The notes beneath the pieces are model-generated. The model had not been told where the DNA came from and did no database searches. It was given only the letters and a program-made list of their open reading frames with translations. Source: a virus (taxonomy: Duplodnaviria; Caudoviricetes). Taken from it: a stretch of DNA of 64,000 bases. The first letter of the stretch is position 1; the number at the start of each line of letters is the position of its first letter. The stretch lies in the IMG/VR virus record IMGVR_UViG_3300006204_000008, positions 14,924 through 78,923 of that record. One strand, 5' to 3'. This document shows, piece by piece, positions 54,855-64,000 of this stretch. Position numbers and translations under genes: made by a program.

Positions 54855-54866
54855 CTCTCTTTCCTA

Positions 54867-55124
54867 TCAAAAGTTATATGAGTTCTTGAAACTTTTTACC
54901 TGGACATTGAATAGGTAAGAAAATGGATTGTTGCTATCCTCACAGATACATTCTTCAACAGCACCCAAAGCACAAACACCTGTTTTTATCCTTTGGTAAG
55001 GTTCGCTTGGAAATGCTTGACCACAATTCGGGCATTCCATAGACGGACGATCCTTGAAGTCTTGAGGGCGCAATTCAAATGAGCACAGGCATTTTTTACA
55101 CTCGATACTAATTTTGAAGTCCAC
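54867..55124 (-). CDS. Zinc-ribbon moron
   Basis: GTG behind AAGGAGGTG; CKKC...CPNC; own TG.TAGAAT promoter near 55151-59. Confidence 0.7.
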   Translation of the reverse strand: MDFKISIECKKCLCSFELRPQDFKDRPSMECPNCGQAFPSEPYQRIKTGVCALGAVEECICEDSNNPFSYLFNVQVKSFKNSYNF

Positions 55125-55245
55125 GTAGCTCACCTCCTTTCTCCGCCTAAATTCTACCACAGGGTGTGGGAAGGGGCAATAGGCAGAGATGCAGGATAGC
55201 GCATAAAAATCCTCCCCACGGGAGGAATGGGGGGGAGGTGAGACG

Positions 55246-55434
55246 ATGCATGATCCTAAACCCTTAACCAATAAGGTCGATAATACGCTCCATAATTCCA
55301 GAACGGTATTCAACAATGACACCAAAAGCAAAACTGAGAATCGAAACGATCACAGAAACTACGGCGGTTTGATTGTAAAAGCGTGCTTGTTTTTCTTGCT
55401 TGGCATTGTGGCGGCGTATCTCGCCGGCTTCTGA
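55246..55434 (+). CDS. Small membrane protein
   Basis: SD GGAGGTG; C-terminal TM; overlaps an antisense gene. Confidence 0.5.
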   Translation: MHDPKPLTNKVDNTLHNSRTVFNNDTKSKTENRNDHRNYGGLIVKACLFFLLGIVAAYLAGF

Positions 55435-55692
55435 CGCTGCATCTTCTTTAGCTTCCAAAACACCGCGCCCTTGAGGCGTGATGTATATCATCCCTTCGTA
55501 GACGATGAGGGGATCACCTTCGATTTCAATCACAGTTGTTTCAGGAGCTTTGATAAGTTCGTTATGAAGCAGAAAAAGAAACGTATCATCGGAAAAATCT
55601 AGTTCTTCATGTGGAACGCCACTGTGGTTTTCAGCCCAGGCGTTGTTGAGATCGGAAAGTATATCAAGAGATTCTCTGTCTATCGCTAACAT
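55264..55692 (-). CDS. Membrane-anchored moron
   Basis: SD AGGAGG; C-terminal TM; TG.TAGAAT at 55717-25. Confidence 0.7.
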   Translation of the reverse strand: MLAIDRESLDILSDLNNAWAENHSGVPHEELDFSDDTFLFLLHNELIKAPETTVIEIEGDPLIVYEGMIYITPQGRGVLEAKEDAASEAGEIRRHNAKQEKQARFYNQTAVVSVIVSILSFAFGVIVEYRSGIMERIIDLIG

Positions 55693-55824
55693 GACTATTC
55701 GCCTCCTGTTGCTCCAATTCTACCATGGAGGACGGGCAATAGCAATGCGAAACAGACAGCGCGTGAAGGGGAGAGAGAAAACCGCCCCTGACGGGGGCGG
55801 TATGGAGAAGAAGGAGGTGATTTC

Positions 55825-56010
55825 GTGGACCTTAGAGATTTGATTGCTTTGCTGGCTGGACTAACATCCTTCATTGCTATCGTTGTATCTTTGGTCAATA
55901 TCGTTTGGCTTATTGAAGGCTTCCCAGAACTAAAATGGAAGATAGGGAAGAAGCGAAAGAAGAAGCCCGAGGCCACCGATGCAGAGCGAAATGATAGAAA
56001 TCACGAATGA
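55825..56010 (+). CDS. Small membrane protein
   Basis: GTG behind AAGGAGGTG; TM then basic tail. Confidence 0.6.
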   Translation: MDLRDLIALLAGLTSFIAIVVSLVNIVWLIEGFPELKWKIGKKRKKKPEATDAERNDRNHE

Positions 56011-56247
56011 CTGATGCGCTCTTTTCGCAGACGCTTCCGCCTGCTGATGAGCCAGCTCGGCTTGATCTTGGGCTATCTTCACCGCTTCCGCCGCCGCTTT
56101 GGTCATCTGCTCCAATTCATCCAGACGCTTTAGATATTCCAACGGCTTGAGGTTTTGGTTCATGGATTGGGCCAGACGGTCAGCGGGAGTGGAATCCGGG
56201 GCGATAGAGGGGTATATCTTGCCGGTGATGGGATCGTACATAGTCAC
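55930..56247 (-). CDS. Coiled-coil protein with C-terminal TM (moron)
   Basis: SD AAAGGT; TG.TAGACT at 56272-80. Confidence 0.65.
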   Translation of the reverse strand: MTMYDPITGKIYPSIAPDSTPADRLAQSMNQNLKPLEYLKRLDELEQMTKAAAEAVKIAQDQAELAHQQAEASAKRAHQSFVISIISLCIGGLGLLLSLLPYLPF

Positions 56248-56376
56248 ACAACCTTTCTATCTAATTCTTTAAGTCTACCACAAGGTGGGGGGAAGGGAGA
56301 AGGGGTGATAGTCCAGCAGTCAACTTGGACAAGCCCAGGAACATATCTTGAATCAAACCAAAAGGAGGGGATAGCA

Positions 56377-56532
56377 ATGGATGAAAAGATGGATGTATTT
56401 GCGAGAGCAACGCTGTTTCTCTATCAGAAAAGACTTGAAAGTCTTGGCCTGGAGGGTGATTTGAGAGTGGTCCGGGTTGGCGAGGAAGAGGAAAAACCCA
56501 AAGAGGATGCCCAATACACAAAGGTCTGCTGA
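56377..56532 (+). CDS. Small hypothetical protein
   Basis: SD AAGGAGG. Confidence 0.7.
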   Translation: MDEKMDVFARATLFLYQKRLESLGLEGDLRVVRVGEEEEKPKEDAQYTKVC

Positions 56533-56534
56533 AA

Positions 56535-56594
56535 TCCCACCTGATGATGGCAAGCCGGTTACTTGCCGAAACGCCCCGCAGGGGCGTCGTGGGA
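56535..56594 (+). ncRNA. Hammerhead ribozyme, type I
   Basis: UCCCAC-CUGAUGA-U-GGCAAG(7)CUUGCC-GAAA-CGCCCC(GCA)GGGGCG-UC-GUGGGA; all three stems perfect; cleavage after C56588. Confidence 0.92.
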
Positions 56595-56731
56595 AACCCC
56601 TGACAAGATGAGCGCACCCGTGTTATAGCTCCTGCGAAGGATGGAGGCCATGCCCGACGGACAGGAAATCGCTTGTTCGGTGCTGGAGGGGAATCCCACT
56701 CCCCCTAAAAACGGAAGAAGGGAGGTATCCC

Positions 56732-57082
56732 ATGACACAAGAGGACAGAAAGTCCATCCTGCAAATGGCCCAGGGGGCCATCATGGAGCGTGTAGACTAC
56801 GAAATGTCTAGGGTTCTGGACAACATCTTGGACCCGAACACCAGCGCCACAGCGAAGCGGAAGCTGATGGTGACACTGACCTTTACGCCTGATGATGAGC
56901 GGGAGCATATCACGGTAGGAACCGTGGTCAAGCCCGTGCTGGCTGCGACCAACCCTGTTGTAACGTCCCTTTATGTCGCGGACGAGCAGAATGTGGTAGA
57001 GATGGTAGCCCAGTTGCCAGGTCAGATGGACATCGAAGGCGCAGAGCAGCAGCGGCCGCCGCTGTTGAAAGTCATTAACTAA
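56732..57082 (+). CDS. Conserved-type phage early hypothetical protein
   Basis: SD GGAGGT; paired with next gene. Confidence 0.8.
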   Translation: MTQEDRKSILQMAQGAIMERVDYEMSRVLDNILDPNTSATAKRKLMVTLTFTPDDEREHITVGTVVKPVLAATNPVVTSLYVADEQNVVEMVAQLPGQMDIEGAEQQRPPLLKVIN

Positions 57083-57096
57083 GGAGGAAAAAACGA

Positions 57097-57840
57097 ATGC
57101 TGAAAGAAGTGTATGACCGCATCCAAGAGACGGCACAGCCTCAGACCGTTGAGGTTGGAGGTGTGACTTATCTGGTGACCCAGAACGGGAAGATCAGTGA
57201 GGTTTTCCCCAAAGCCATCATCCCTGATACCTTGCCCCTGAACAGCTTGGACGCTTTGGTACAGCTGGTCAAGACCGAATTTTCCCATCGGGCGGAAGAG
57301 GATGGGAAGGCCCTGTACATCACGATTCCCGACCACCTGACGGTCCGCTGCTTCGGCCATCCTGACTACGATCAGAGGGCAGTACGGCCGGTTTACTATG
57401 AGGCCCACGCTACTGACGTTCCCGGTTGGGACGAGCGGGTAGAACTGCCTTTTGAGGAAATGCAGATCGCCCTTCGCACTCGCTTCCAGGAGACGGCGGA
57501 TATGCCCTATATCCAAAAGCTCCTCAGCGAGATTTCTACAGGGGCGAAGATCACCTTCAATGACAACGGCGTTGCAACTACTATTGTGACCAAGAAGGGA
57601 ATTGACCTTCAGGCCAATGAGACCATCAAGCCTATTATCGCCCTGCGGCCCTACCGTACTTTTCAGGAGGTGGAGCAGCCGGAGAGCATTTTCCTGATCC
57701 GCATCAATGAGCGGGGCATCAGCTTCATCGAGGCCGACGGCGGGATGTGGAAGCTCCGTGCCCGGGAGACGATCAAAAGTTATCTGGGATGGAAGCTGAA
57801 GGATGAGATTGAAAATGGCAGTGTGGTGATAGCGCTTTGA
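57097..57840 (+). CDS. Conserved-type phage early hypothetical protein
   Basis: LRPYRTFQEVEQPES.FLIR...EADGG.WK pattern seen in Clostridia phages. Confidence 0.8.
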   Translation: MLKEVYDRIQETAQPQTVEVGGVTYLVTQNGKISEVFPKAIIPDTLPLNSLDALVQLVKTEFSHRAEEDGKALYITIPDHLTVRCFGHPDYDQRAVRPVYYEAHATDVPGWDERVELPFEEMQIALRTRFQETADMPYIQKLLSEISTGAKITFNDNGVATTIVTKKGIDLQANETIKPIIALRPYRTFQEVEQPESIFLIRINERGISFIEADGGMWKLRARETIKSYLGWKLKDEIENGSVVIAL

Positions 57841-57959
57841 GGGCGAAGGAATGCCCCCCAGAGTTAGCGCCTCTGAGGGGCAGAGAAGGACAAAACAAAG
57901 AACAGATTAGGTCCTGTGGTCATTATAACATAACTGATGAGGAAATCAAGGAGAACTCT

Positions 57960-58604
57960 ATGCGGGAACCCAAACGGCTTACTTTTCCTGATCGGGCCTC
58001 CTGGCTGGAGGGCAGACAGAATGGCATTGGCGCCTCAGAGGCGGCAGCTGTCCTGGGGGAATCTCCCTTCACCACCGCGACAAAACTGTGGCGGTTGAAA
58101 ACGGGGCTGGACAAGCCCCGTGACCTCTCTGGGAAGACCGTAGTGGAGCGGGGGAACCGGATGGAACCGGCCCTGCGGACCATGTTTCAGGCCCTGTACC
58201 CGGAACTGACGCTGGAGTATCACCAGTTCGATATGCTCTACCAAGCGGACAAGCCCTACCTCTACGCCACCTTGGACGGGGAACTACTGACCAAGGACCA
58301 CCGGCGGGGTGTGCTGGAAATCAAAACGGCGACGATGTCCAATGCGTTGTCCTGGGATAGGTGGCGGGATGCCGTGCCGGATCACTACTACATCCAGATT
58401 CTCCACCAGCTTCTGGCGACGGGGTACAGTTTTGCGGTCCTTTTTGCAGCTCTCTTCGATTTGCACGGCGGGATCAGCCTGCGAACCTATGCCTTTAAGC
58501 GGGAAGAGTGCCAGGAAGATATGGACTACCTGGCAGAGAAAGAAACTGAATTTTGGAAGCACGTTGAGGACGGGACACTTCCGTCGGTTGTGCTTTCCCT
58601 ATGA
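57960..58604 (+). CDS. YqaJ-like viral recombinase exonuclease
   Basis: GIGASEAAAVLG, GNRMEP, ATLDG, LEIKT, YYIQILHQL. Confidence 0.92.
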   Translation: MREPKRLTFPDRASWLEGRQNGIGASEAAAVLGESPFTTATKLWRLKTGLDKPRDLSGKTVVERGNRMEPALRTMFQALYPELTLEYHQFDMLYQADKPYLYATLDGELLTKDHRRGVLEIKTATMSNALSWDRWRDAVPDHYYIQILHQLLATGYSFAVLFAALFDLHGGISLRTYAFKREECQEDMDYLAEKETEFWKHVEDGTLPSVVLSL

Positions 58605-58620
58605 GAAAGGAAAATCAATC

Positions 58621-58887
58621 ATGTTGAAAGTTACCATCATCGACGAGAGTGAAGCTAAGGTGCTTCTGGATGAGAAGTGTGAATCCATCATGGGTGCCAC
58701 CCATAACGGGAAAGATGGCGGGAAATCTCTGGCCATCATCCATGGAACGTCGGGTCATGTGGCTTCGATGGCCTCAAGACTTCTTGCTCTCGTCAAGATG
58801 ACCTTGAAGGAGAATCCCAAAGCTGCTGCTCTCTTATTGGCAGAGGACCTGTTCCGCTGCTTCACGGAGGATAAGAAGGATGCGTGA
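58621..58887 (+). CDS. Small hypothetical protein
   Basis: SD GAAAGGA; coupled. Confidence 0.65.
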   Translation: MLKVTIIDESEAKVLLDEKCESIMGATHNGKDGGKSLAIIHGTSGHVASMASRLLALVKMTLKENPKAAALLLAEDLFRCFTEDKKDA

Positions 58888-59755
58888 GGTGAATTTCGCG
58901 GTCAGCACCGACCTGAAGGCAATGCAAGACCTTGAGATCGAGGCCAATTTTGCCGTCTGCAAGGAGGGCCTGGAGGAAATGATGGCCCCCTATACCTCCC
59001 TGGTGGTCACCGAGGACGGCATCAAAGAGGCCAGGAAAGACCTGGCCTCCATCCGCAAGACCCGGGAAGCGATTGAAGATTCGCGAAAGTTGGTCAAAAA
59101 GCTCTACGAGCAACCCCTGAAGCGATTTGAGGGGAAGGTGAAAGAGCTCACCGCTATTTGCGAAAAAGGCATCGTCAACTTGGACAGTCAGGTCAAGCGC
59201 TTTGAAGAAAAAAGAGCGGAGGAAAAGGTGTCGGGCCTGCTGCGGCACTATGACGCTGTAATTGGTGACATGAAGCCATACCTCCCTTGGGGGAAACTCT
59301 ATAACCCCCGCTGGCGAAATGCTACATACGCTGTGGACACGGCGAAGCAGGAGATCGAGCAGGCGGTGGAGAAATGCCGGTCGGACGTGGCAGGGATTCT
59401 TGCCATGAAGCATCCCCAGGAGCCCGCTATGCTGGCCTACTACAAGGAGTGCGGCGATCTTGGGTCCGTGATGAACCGCATGGAACAGCTGAAAAAGCTG
59501 GAGGAAGATGCGCAGAAGCGGAGAGAAGCCGCTGCGCAGAAACAAGCGTCTCAGAAAGCGTCCCGGGGGGTAAAGGCCGGCCCTCTCCCCCCAAAGAAAC
59601 CGGAAGCCGCTCCTGCCGAAGAGAAGGAAGCAGAGGGCCAACAGCTTTATGTTGTGGATTTCCGGGCTTACCTCACAAAAAAGGAGCTGGTTGACCTGCA
59701 GCACTTTTTCCACGAGCGGGGAATCCGCTACGGAAGAGTGCCGAAGCAGGCATAA
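58880..59755 (+). CDS. DUF1351-like recombination-module protein
   Basis: Coiled coil; YTSLVVTED.IKEARKDLASIRK pattern. Confidence 0.75.
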   Translation: MREVNFAVSTDLKAMQDLEIEANFAVCKEGLEEMMAPYTSLVVTEDGIKEARKDLASIRKTREAIEDSRKLVKKLYEQPLKRFEGKVKELTAICEKGIVNLDSQVKRFEEKRAEEKVSGLLRHYDAVIGDMKPYLPWGKLYNPRWRNATYAVDTAKQEIEQAVEKCRSDVAGILAMKHPQEPAMLAYYKECGDLGSVMNRMEQLKKLEEDAQKRREAAAQKQASQKASRGVKAGPLPPKKPEAAPAEEKEAEGQQLYVVDFRAYLTKKELVDLQHFFHERGIRYGRVPKQA

Positions 59756-59779
59756 GTGGGAGGGGGATGCCCTTTGGCT

Positions 59780-60334
59780 ATGAGCCTCAAAGACCTCCCA
59801 CCCTGGGCCCAGGAGCAGATCGCCCGAAAGGTCCTGGAAGAGAACCGCCGCCGCAGGGCTAAGGACAAGCCTCCAGAGCAGTCCCCGGCAGAGTCCGGAA
59901 CACTTCCGAAGGCTCCTTCCTTCCCCCTCCAGTACACCATCCGGGGAGAGCCCCGGACCAAGAAGAACCACCAGGAGATCGCCGGGAGAGGGAGACGCTG
60001 CCCTGTCTGCGGGAAGCCGGAACGGCAGTGGGTCCGGCAGGGGAGGGCGCACAGGGACTATGAGACCCTGGCCCTGCCCCAGCTGATCCCGGTTCCTGAA
60101 CGGCCTATTGAGGCGCCGGTGCATATCAAGTGCCTCTTCTACATGGCTTCCCGCCGTGTGGTGGATGGCCTGAATCTGGAAGCGGCGGTGGATGATCTGC
60201 TGGTGGAGGCCGGTATTCTGGCCGACGATAACAGCCGCATCGTGATTTCCCATGACGGGAGTCGTGTCCTTTATGACAAAGAGAATCCCCGAACGGAAAT
60301 CACCATCCGAGCGGCAAAGGAGGATTCATTATGA
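59780..60334 (+). CDS. RusA-like Holliday junction resolvase
   Basis: GEPRTKKN, VDGLNLEAAVDDLLVEAGILADDNSRIV, DKENPRTEITI. Confidence 0.85.
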   Translation: MSLKDLPPWAQEQIARKVLEENRRRRAKDKPPEQSPAESGTLPKAPSFPLQYTIRGEPRTKKNHQEIAGRGRRCPVCGKPERQWVRQGRAHRDYETLALPQLIPVPERPIEAPVHIKCLFYMASRRVVDGLNLEAAVDDLLVEAGILADDNSRIVISHDGSRVLYDKENPRTEITIRAAKEDSL

Positions 60335-60999
60335 GTAAAAGTTGCACGGAGTGCGATTATTTTGAAGGCTATACCTGTGATGGAGAGCCTTTGTGCTCCT
60401 ATGAAGAGGATGGGGTAGATTGCCCCTATAACGATGAGAGCTCGGTTTATGAGAGGAAAATGGAAGATGGGGTCAAATTTGAAATTGACGTCACTTTCTT
60501 TACGAAGTATATCCAGGAGACACTCAAGAACACCGTCAAGAATCTTACACGGGATATTGTGGAGAGGGAAATCAGGAACATTATTACCGAGGTTTATAAG
60601 GAGGAGATAAAAACTCTTACCAAAGAAGCGGTAGCCAAAGCCGTGGACGCCCAGGTGGCGGACTTTATGGCAGGTGATATCGAGATCGGCGGAGGCTGGA
60701 TGGAAAAACCGAGGACCATGAGCCGGAAAGACTATCTAGCCGAGCTGGTGGAAAATGAACTGAGCGATAATAAAACTCAGTCTAAGATGAAGAACATGGC
60801 CCATGAAATGAGCCGAGGTGCTATTGATACCTTTGCCCGAAAGATGAAGGACGAGATCAATGCGGGTATAAATGCGTATTTCAACAACGCTACACGAGAA
60901 GTCCTTACAGACAACGTTGTATCCATGCTGATGAACAATGAAACCTATCAGAGGATGGCGCAAAGCATGAAGCATTTTCTGCCGGAGGGAACGGAATGA
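60331..60999 (+). CDS. Hypothetical protein
   Basis: 222-aa ORF, ATGA overlaps. Confidence 0.75.
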   Translation: MSKSCTECDYFEGYTCDGEPLCSYEEDGVDCPYNDESSVYERKMEDGVKFEIDVTFFTKYIQETLKNTVKNLTRDIVEREIRNIITEVYKEEIKTLTKEAVAKAVDAQVADFMAGDIEIGGGWMEKPRTMSRKDYLAELVENELSDNKTQSKMKNMAHEMSRGAIDTFARKMKDEINAGINAYFNNATREVLTDNVVSMLMNNETYQRMAQSMKHFLPEGTE

Positions 61000-61259
61000 A
61001 AACAGTGTACGATATCAAGCAAGCCCTGGACCCTGACCTCTATGTCCGGGCCGTCCCCGTATGGCAGGCGGAGCGACGGATGCGTGAGGGGCGGAAGTAC
61101 CCTGATACCCTGATCTATCTCTCCTCTCCCTGGATGGACGAGCCCCAGGAGGACGTGCAGAGGGACACAATCTCCAGCCCCATCCGATTCAGACTGGCCT
61201 TCGCGGCGGCGGCGCTGTGCCTGGGACTGATTTGCTACGTGGGCAAGCTCCTGCTATGA
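60996..61259 (+). CDS. Small protein with C-terminal TM
   Basis: ATGA overlaps; hydrophobic end. Confidence 0.65.
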   Translation: MKTVYDIKQALDPDLYVRAVPVWQAERRMREGRKYPDTLIYLSSPWMDEPQEDVQRDTISSPIRFRLAFAAAALCLGLICYVGKLLL

Positions 61260-61441
61260 CCTTCTGTCCAGGCCCGCCCCCGCCCGGGTATCAGCGCATA
61301 GAACCCGCCGCACCCGTATATCGACACTGCCGGGACTGCGGGCAGAAGTGGAATACCTCTGCCATAGACCGGGGAGGAAAGCATTATTACTGCCATGTCT
61401 GCGAGGCCAAGAGGCGCAGGGCGGGGCGGCGGACCTTGTAG
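61256..61441 (+). CDS. Small zinc-finger protein
   Basis: CRDC...CHVC. Confidence 0.6.
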   Translation: MTFCPGPPPPGYQRIEPAAPVYRHCRDCGQKWNTSAIDRGGKHYYCHVCEAKRRRAGRRTL

Positions 61442-61449
61442 CCTGAGAG

Positions 61450-61674
61450 GTGAGCGTTGTGCATGACCATGACTATGCGTTTGTACCTGCCTGCCGGCCG
61501 TGGAACTCGTTGGAGGCCGAGCCCGCTGTATCTGTGCTGCGGTCGGGGGATGCACAGCCGATGATCAACCGCTGCCTCGACTGTCCCGCGCCGGAATGCT
61601 ACAACTGCCTGGGAGGCGGCAAGAGGAACGCCCCAGAGGGTCAACTGTACTTATCGGATTTCTTTGAGTTTTAA
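61450..61674 (+). CDS. Small Cys-rich protein
   Basis: CLDCPAPECYNC; GTG behind GAGAGGTG. Confidence 0.6.
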   Translation: MSVVHDHDYAFVPACRPWNSLEAEPAVSVLRSGDAQPMINRCLDCPAPECYNCLGGGKRNAPEGQLYLSDFFEF

Positions 61675-61687
61675 GGAGGATTTTACT

Positions 61688-62659
61688 TTGAAAGCGAAAA
61701 ACACACTTGCCCCGACTTTGGAGGCGAAGAAGAAAATCAATTTCAGCACAGCCATCAATTCGGCATCCCTGAAGAAGATGATGATGGATTCCCTGGGCGA
61801 CAGCAGAGCTGTCGCGCGTCTGACCTCGACGCTGATTTCTGCGGTGGCGCAGACACCCAAGCTCCAGGAATGTGAGGCGTCCACCATTGTGGCCGCTGCG
61901 CTGCGCGGTGAGGGGATGGGCCTGATCTACGGGCAGGGCTACTATGTGATTCCTTACGGCGATGTGGCCCAGTATGCGCTGTCCTATAAGGGCTTCATCC
62001 AGCTTGCCATGTCTACGGGCTTCTATGCTGATATCGACGCCCGGGACATTCGGGCTGGGGAGTTGAACGGGCGGGACCCGCGCACAGGCCGCTGGCGTAT
62101 CAACTTGGCTCTCTATGAGGATGACGAAACCCGGGAGGCCCAGCCTATCATTGGCTACTATGCCTACTTTGAGCTGAAGGACGGCACTTTCAGGAGCGAG
62201 TATTGGTCCCTGGACAAGCTCCTCAAGCACGCCGACCGCTACTCTCCGGCCTTCTCCCTGGAGAAGTTCCGCAGGCTCAAGGCGGGGGAGACAACCCCGG
62301 AGGAAACCAAGAAGCTCCTGAGCGGGACCCCGTGGTATGACGAGGGCGAGGGGCAGGCGAAGATGTGCAAAAAGACGGTCCTGCGCCAGCTGCTGAACTC
62401 CGGCTACGCACCGCTGTCCAATGAGGTGCGGTCGATCCTCCGGGAGGAAAGCCGGGGGGAAGAGGCCGAGGAGCCTATCTTTGACAACATCATCCAGACC
62501 CAGGAAGTCGTACAGGATGCCCCTGACGCGGCTCTGGATGCCCCGGAGGAATCAGGCGGCACCAACCATGAGGAGGGCGGGAAGAATGCCCAGGAGACGC
62601 AGGAGAAGGTCTCAGAGGGAGATCCCATCGCGTCCTTCTTCGACGCAGCGGAGGGCTGA
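61688..62659 (+). CDS. recT: RecT-family single-strand annealing protein
   Basis: C...TIVAAALRG..MGL.....YVIPY...AQY.LSYKGFIQLA; M.KKTVLRQLL..YAPLS. Confidence 0.9.
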   Translation: MKAKNTLAPTLEAKKKINFSTAINSASLKKMMMDSLGDSRAVARLTSTLISAVAQTPKLQECEASTIVAAALRGEGMGLIYGQGYYVIPYGDVAQYALSYKGFIQLAMSTGFYADIDARDIRAGELNGRDPRTGRWRINLALYEDDETREAQPIIGYYAYFELKDGTFRSEYWSLDKLLKHADRYSPAFSLEKFRRLKAGETTPEETKKLLSGTPWYDEGEGQAKMCKKTVLRQLLNSGYAPLSNEVRSILREESRGEEAEEPIFDNIIQTQEVVQDAPDAALDAPEESGGTNHEEGGKNAQETQEKVSEGDPIASFFDAAEG

Positions 62660-62664
62660 TCCCC

Positions 62665-63096
62665 ATGGGACGAATCGCCACAAAAAAGAAGGACGACCCC
62701 AGCGGCGGTTTTGATACCGTCGTCTGGGGAACCGTCTCCCGGGATGCCGAGGTGACACAGATTGGAGAGAGGAAAACCCCAAAAGTCAAGTTCGGCGTGG
62801 CCTACGACAAGGGTCAGTTCATGAACTGCGCCGCCTTTGGGAACACCGAGACGGCGCAGTTTGCCGCCTCACTGGAAAAAGGGGACAAGGTGCTGTGTGC
62901 CGGTGTGTGGACCCGTCGCACTTGGATCGGAAACGACAACAAGGAACGGGTGACGGAAGAGCTGAATTGTGATGTCATCTTTGCCCCGTCGCTTCTCTAT
63001 CAAACTGCTTTCCGGGTGCCGGGGGACCAGGACGGGGAGACGTACAGCGAGGGGGCGGAAGCCGATGAGGCGGAAGAGTACGTCCCCCAGGTCTAG
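62665..63096 (+). CDS. SSB-like OB-fold protein 1
   Basis: G.V.RDAE...KFGVA..KGQFMNCAAFG....FAASLEKGDKV. Confidence 0.75.
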   Translation: MGRIATKKKDDPSGGFDTVVWGTVSRDAEVTQIGERKTPKVKFGVAYDKGQFMNCAAFGNTETAQFAASLEKGDKVLCAGVWTRRTWIGNDNKERVTEELNCDVIFAPSLLYQTAFRVPGDQDGETYSEGAEADEAEEYVPQV

Positions 63097-63112
63097 CGAT
63101 AGGAGGGAGAGC

Positions 63113-63520
63113 GTGGTCAATCATTTAATCTTGCAGGGGCGCTTGGTCCGAGACCCTGAGCTAAGGGAAACAGAGAACGGGAAGGCGTACACCACCATTA
63201 CCATCGGATGGAACGAGAAAAGAGGGGATCAGGAGAATCGGTTATTTGTCCGGTGCATCGCCTGGGGGAAAACAGCGGAGATGATCTGCAATTATTTCGT
63301 GAGAGGCCAGGAAATCATCGTTTCCGGGAAACTCCTCTCCAACAAGTGGGAGGATTCCGAAGGCGGGAAGCATGAGGATATCCAGCTGTACATTAAGCAG
63401 GTGGATTTCTGTGGGCCGAAGCGGGAGGGTGCGGGCCAGACCAAGGCATCCTCTTTTACGGTGCCTCCCGCAGGTGAGCTCCCAGACATCGACATTGGGG
63501 ACGATGAGCTTCCGTTTTAA
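63113..63520 (+). CDS. ssb: Single-stranded DNA-binding protein
   Basis: NHLILQGRLVRDPELR, CIAWGKTAE, acidic tail DDELPF. Confidence 0.92.
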   Translation: MVNHLILQGRLVRDPELRETENGKAYTTITIGWNEKRGDQENRLFVRCIAWGKTAEMICNYFVRGQEIIVSGKLLSNKWEDSEGGKHEDIQLYIKQVDFCGPKREGAGQTKASSFTVPPAGELPDIDIGDDELPF

Positions 63521-63532
63521 GGAGACCAGCGC

Positions 63533-64000
63533 ATGGGGAAAGACTATTTTCGCTGTTATCACAAATATCTGAATCAATGCGAAAAGCTCACTGACGAAGA
63601 GATGGGACGGCTGTTTCGCGCTCTCCTGCTCTACAGCGAAAGTGGAGAGACACCGGTGCTTGATGGCCGGGAAGCGGTAGCATTTGATTTCATTGCGGAT
63701 AAGATCAGTGAAGAGAAAGCGCACGATGAAGAGATCTCAAAGAAGAGAAGTGAAGCTGGGAAACAGAAAGGCCGCAGAAAAGTGAAACGTGCTGCGGCAC
63801 AAGGGATCGAGGAAAAAGCAGGGGACAGCATTCAGAAGCAAGCGGAAACAAGCGAAAGCAAAACAGAGCAAATGCAAGCAAAAAAAGCAAATGCTTTTTT
63901 TGATAAGCAAACGGAAGCAAATGAAAGCAACCCTTCCCCCCTTCTCCCCCCTTCCCCCTCCTCCCTTGTCCCTTCCCCCCCAGACCCCCCTATCCCTGAT
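63533..64000 (+). CDS. Replication initiator/replisome organizer (DUF6291-type N-terminus), truncated
   Basis: MGKDYFRCYHKYLNQCEKLTDEEMGRLFRALLLY...KKRSEAGKQKG, then low-complexity Ser/Pro linker; runs off window. Confidence 0.75.
   Translation, partial: MGKDYFRCYHKYLNQCEKLTDEEMGRLFRALLLYSESGETPVLDGREAVAFDFIADKISEEKAHDEEISKKRSEAGKQKGRRKVKRAAAQGIEEKAGDSIQKQAETSESKTEQMQAKKANAFFDKQTEANESNPSPLLPPSPSSLVPSPPDPPIPD

Noticed and set aside
56595-56705. Possible twister or pistol ribozyme after the hammerhead
   Set aside because: Some helices and a GCGA tetraloop are present, but the conserved cores of those classes could not be matched
1-64000. CRISPR array or anti-CRISPR locus
   Set aside because: No regularly spaced direct repeats with unique spacers; small early genes could be anti-defence but nothing in the sequence supports a name

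Overview
The whole window is a temperate, long-tailed (siphovirus-like) phage of a Clostridia-type Firmicute host, apparently most of one genome. Left to right it holds: an RHH regulator and tyrosine recombinase; two AT-rich envelope morons (lipoprotein, S-layer-homology protein); a leftward early/accessory cluster with a tRNA-like element plus a structured ncRNA, an LPD25-type polyvalent protein and hammerhead ribozymes; a largely non-coding stretch at 13.1-14.3 kb; head, connector and tail genes; tape measure; terminase and portal (placed unusually after the tape measure); tail-tip/adhesion proteins; lysis; a candidate intact attP and large serine integrase; a CI/Cro switch; and recombination/replication genes (YqaJ, RusA-like, RecT, two SSBs, initiator) running off the right edge. 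The most striking signal is five dispersed paralogous adhesin-like genes. Each has a short upstream ORF with its own Shine-Dalgarno and a G9-G11 tract. In every copy two reading frames stop right after the tract, and only the third reads through an SD-occluding hairpin to overlap the adhesin start, which suggests a homopolymer phase-variation switch acting through translational coupling. All five are in the predicted OFF phase. The second signal is a conserved RNA hairpin (AAGCAG loop) followed by a long terminator in front of three late operons, a candidate antitermination site. All protein calls come from motif recognition and gene position; no database searches were run.
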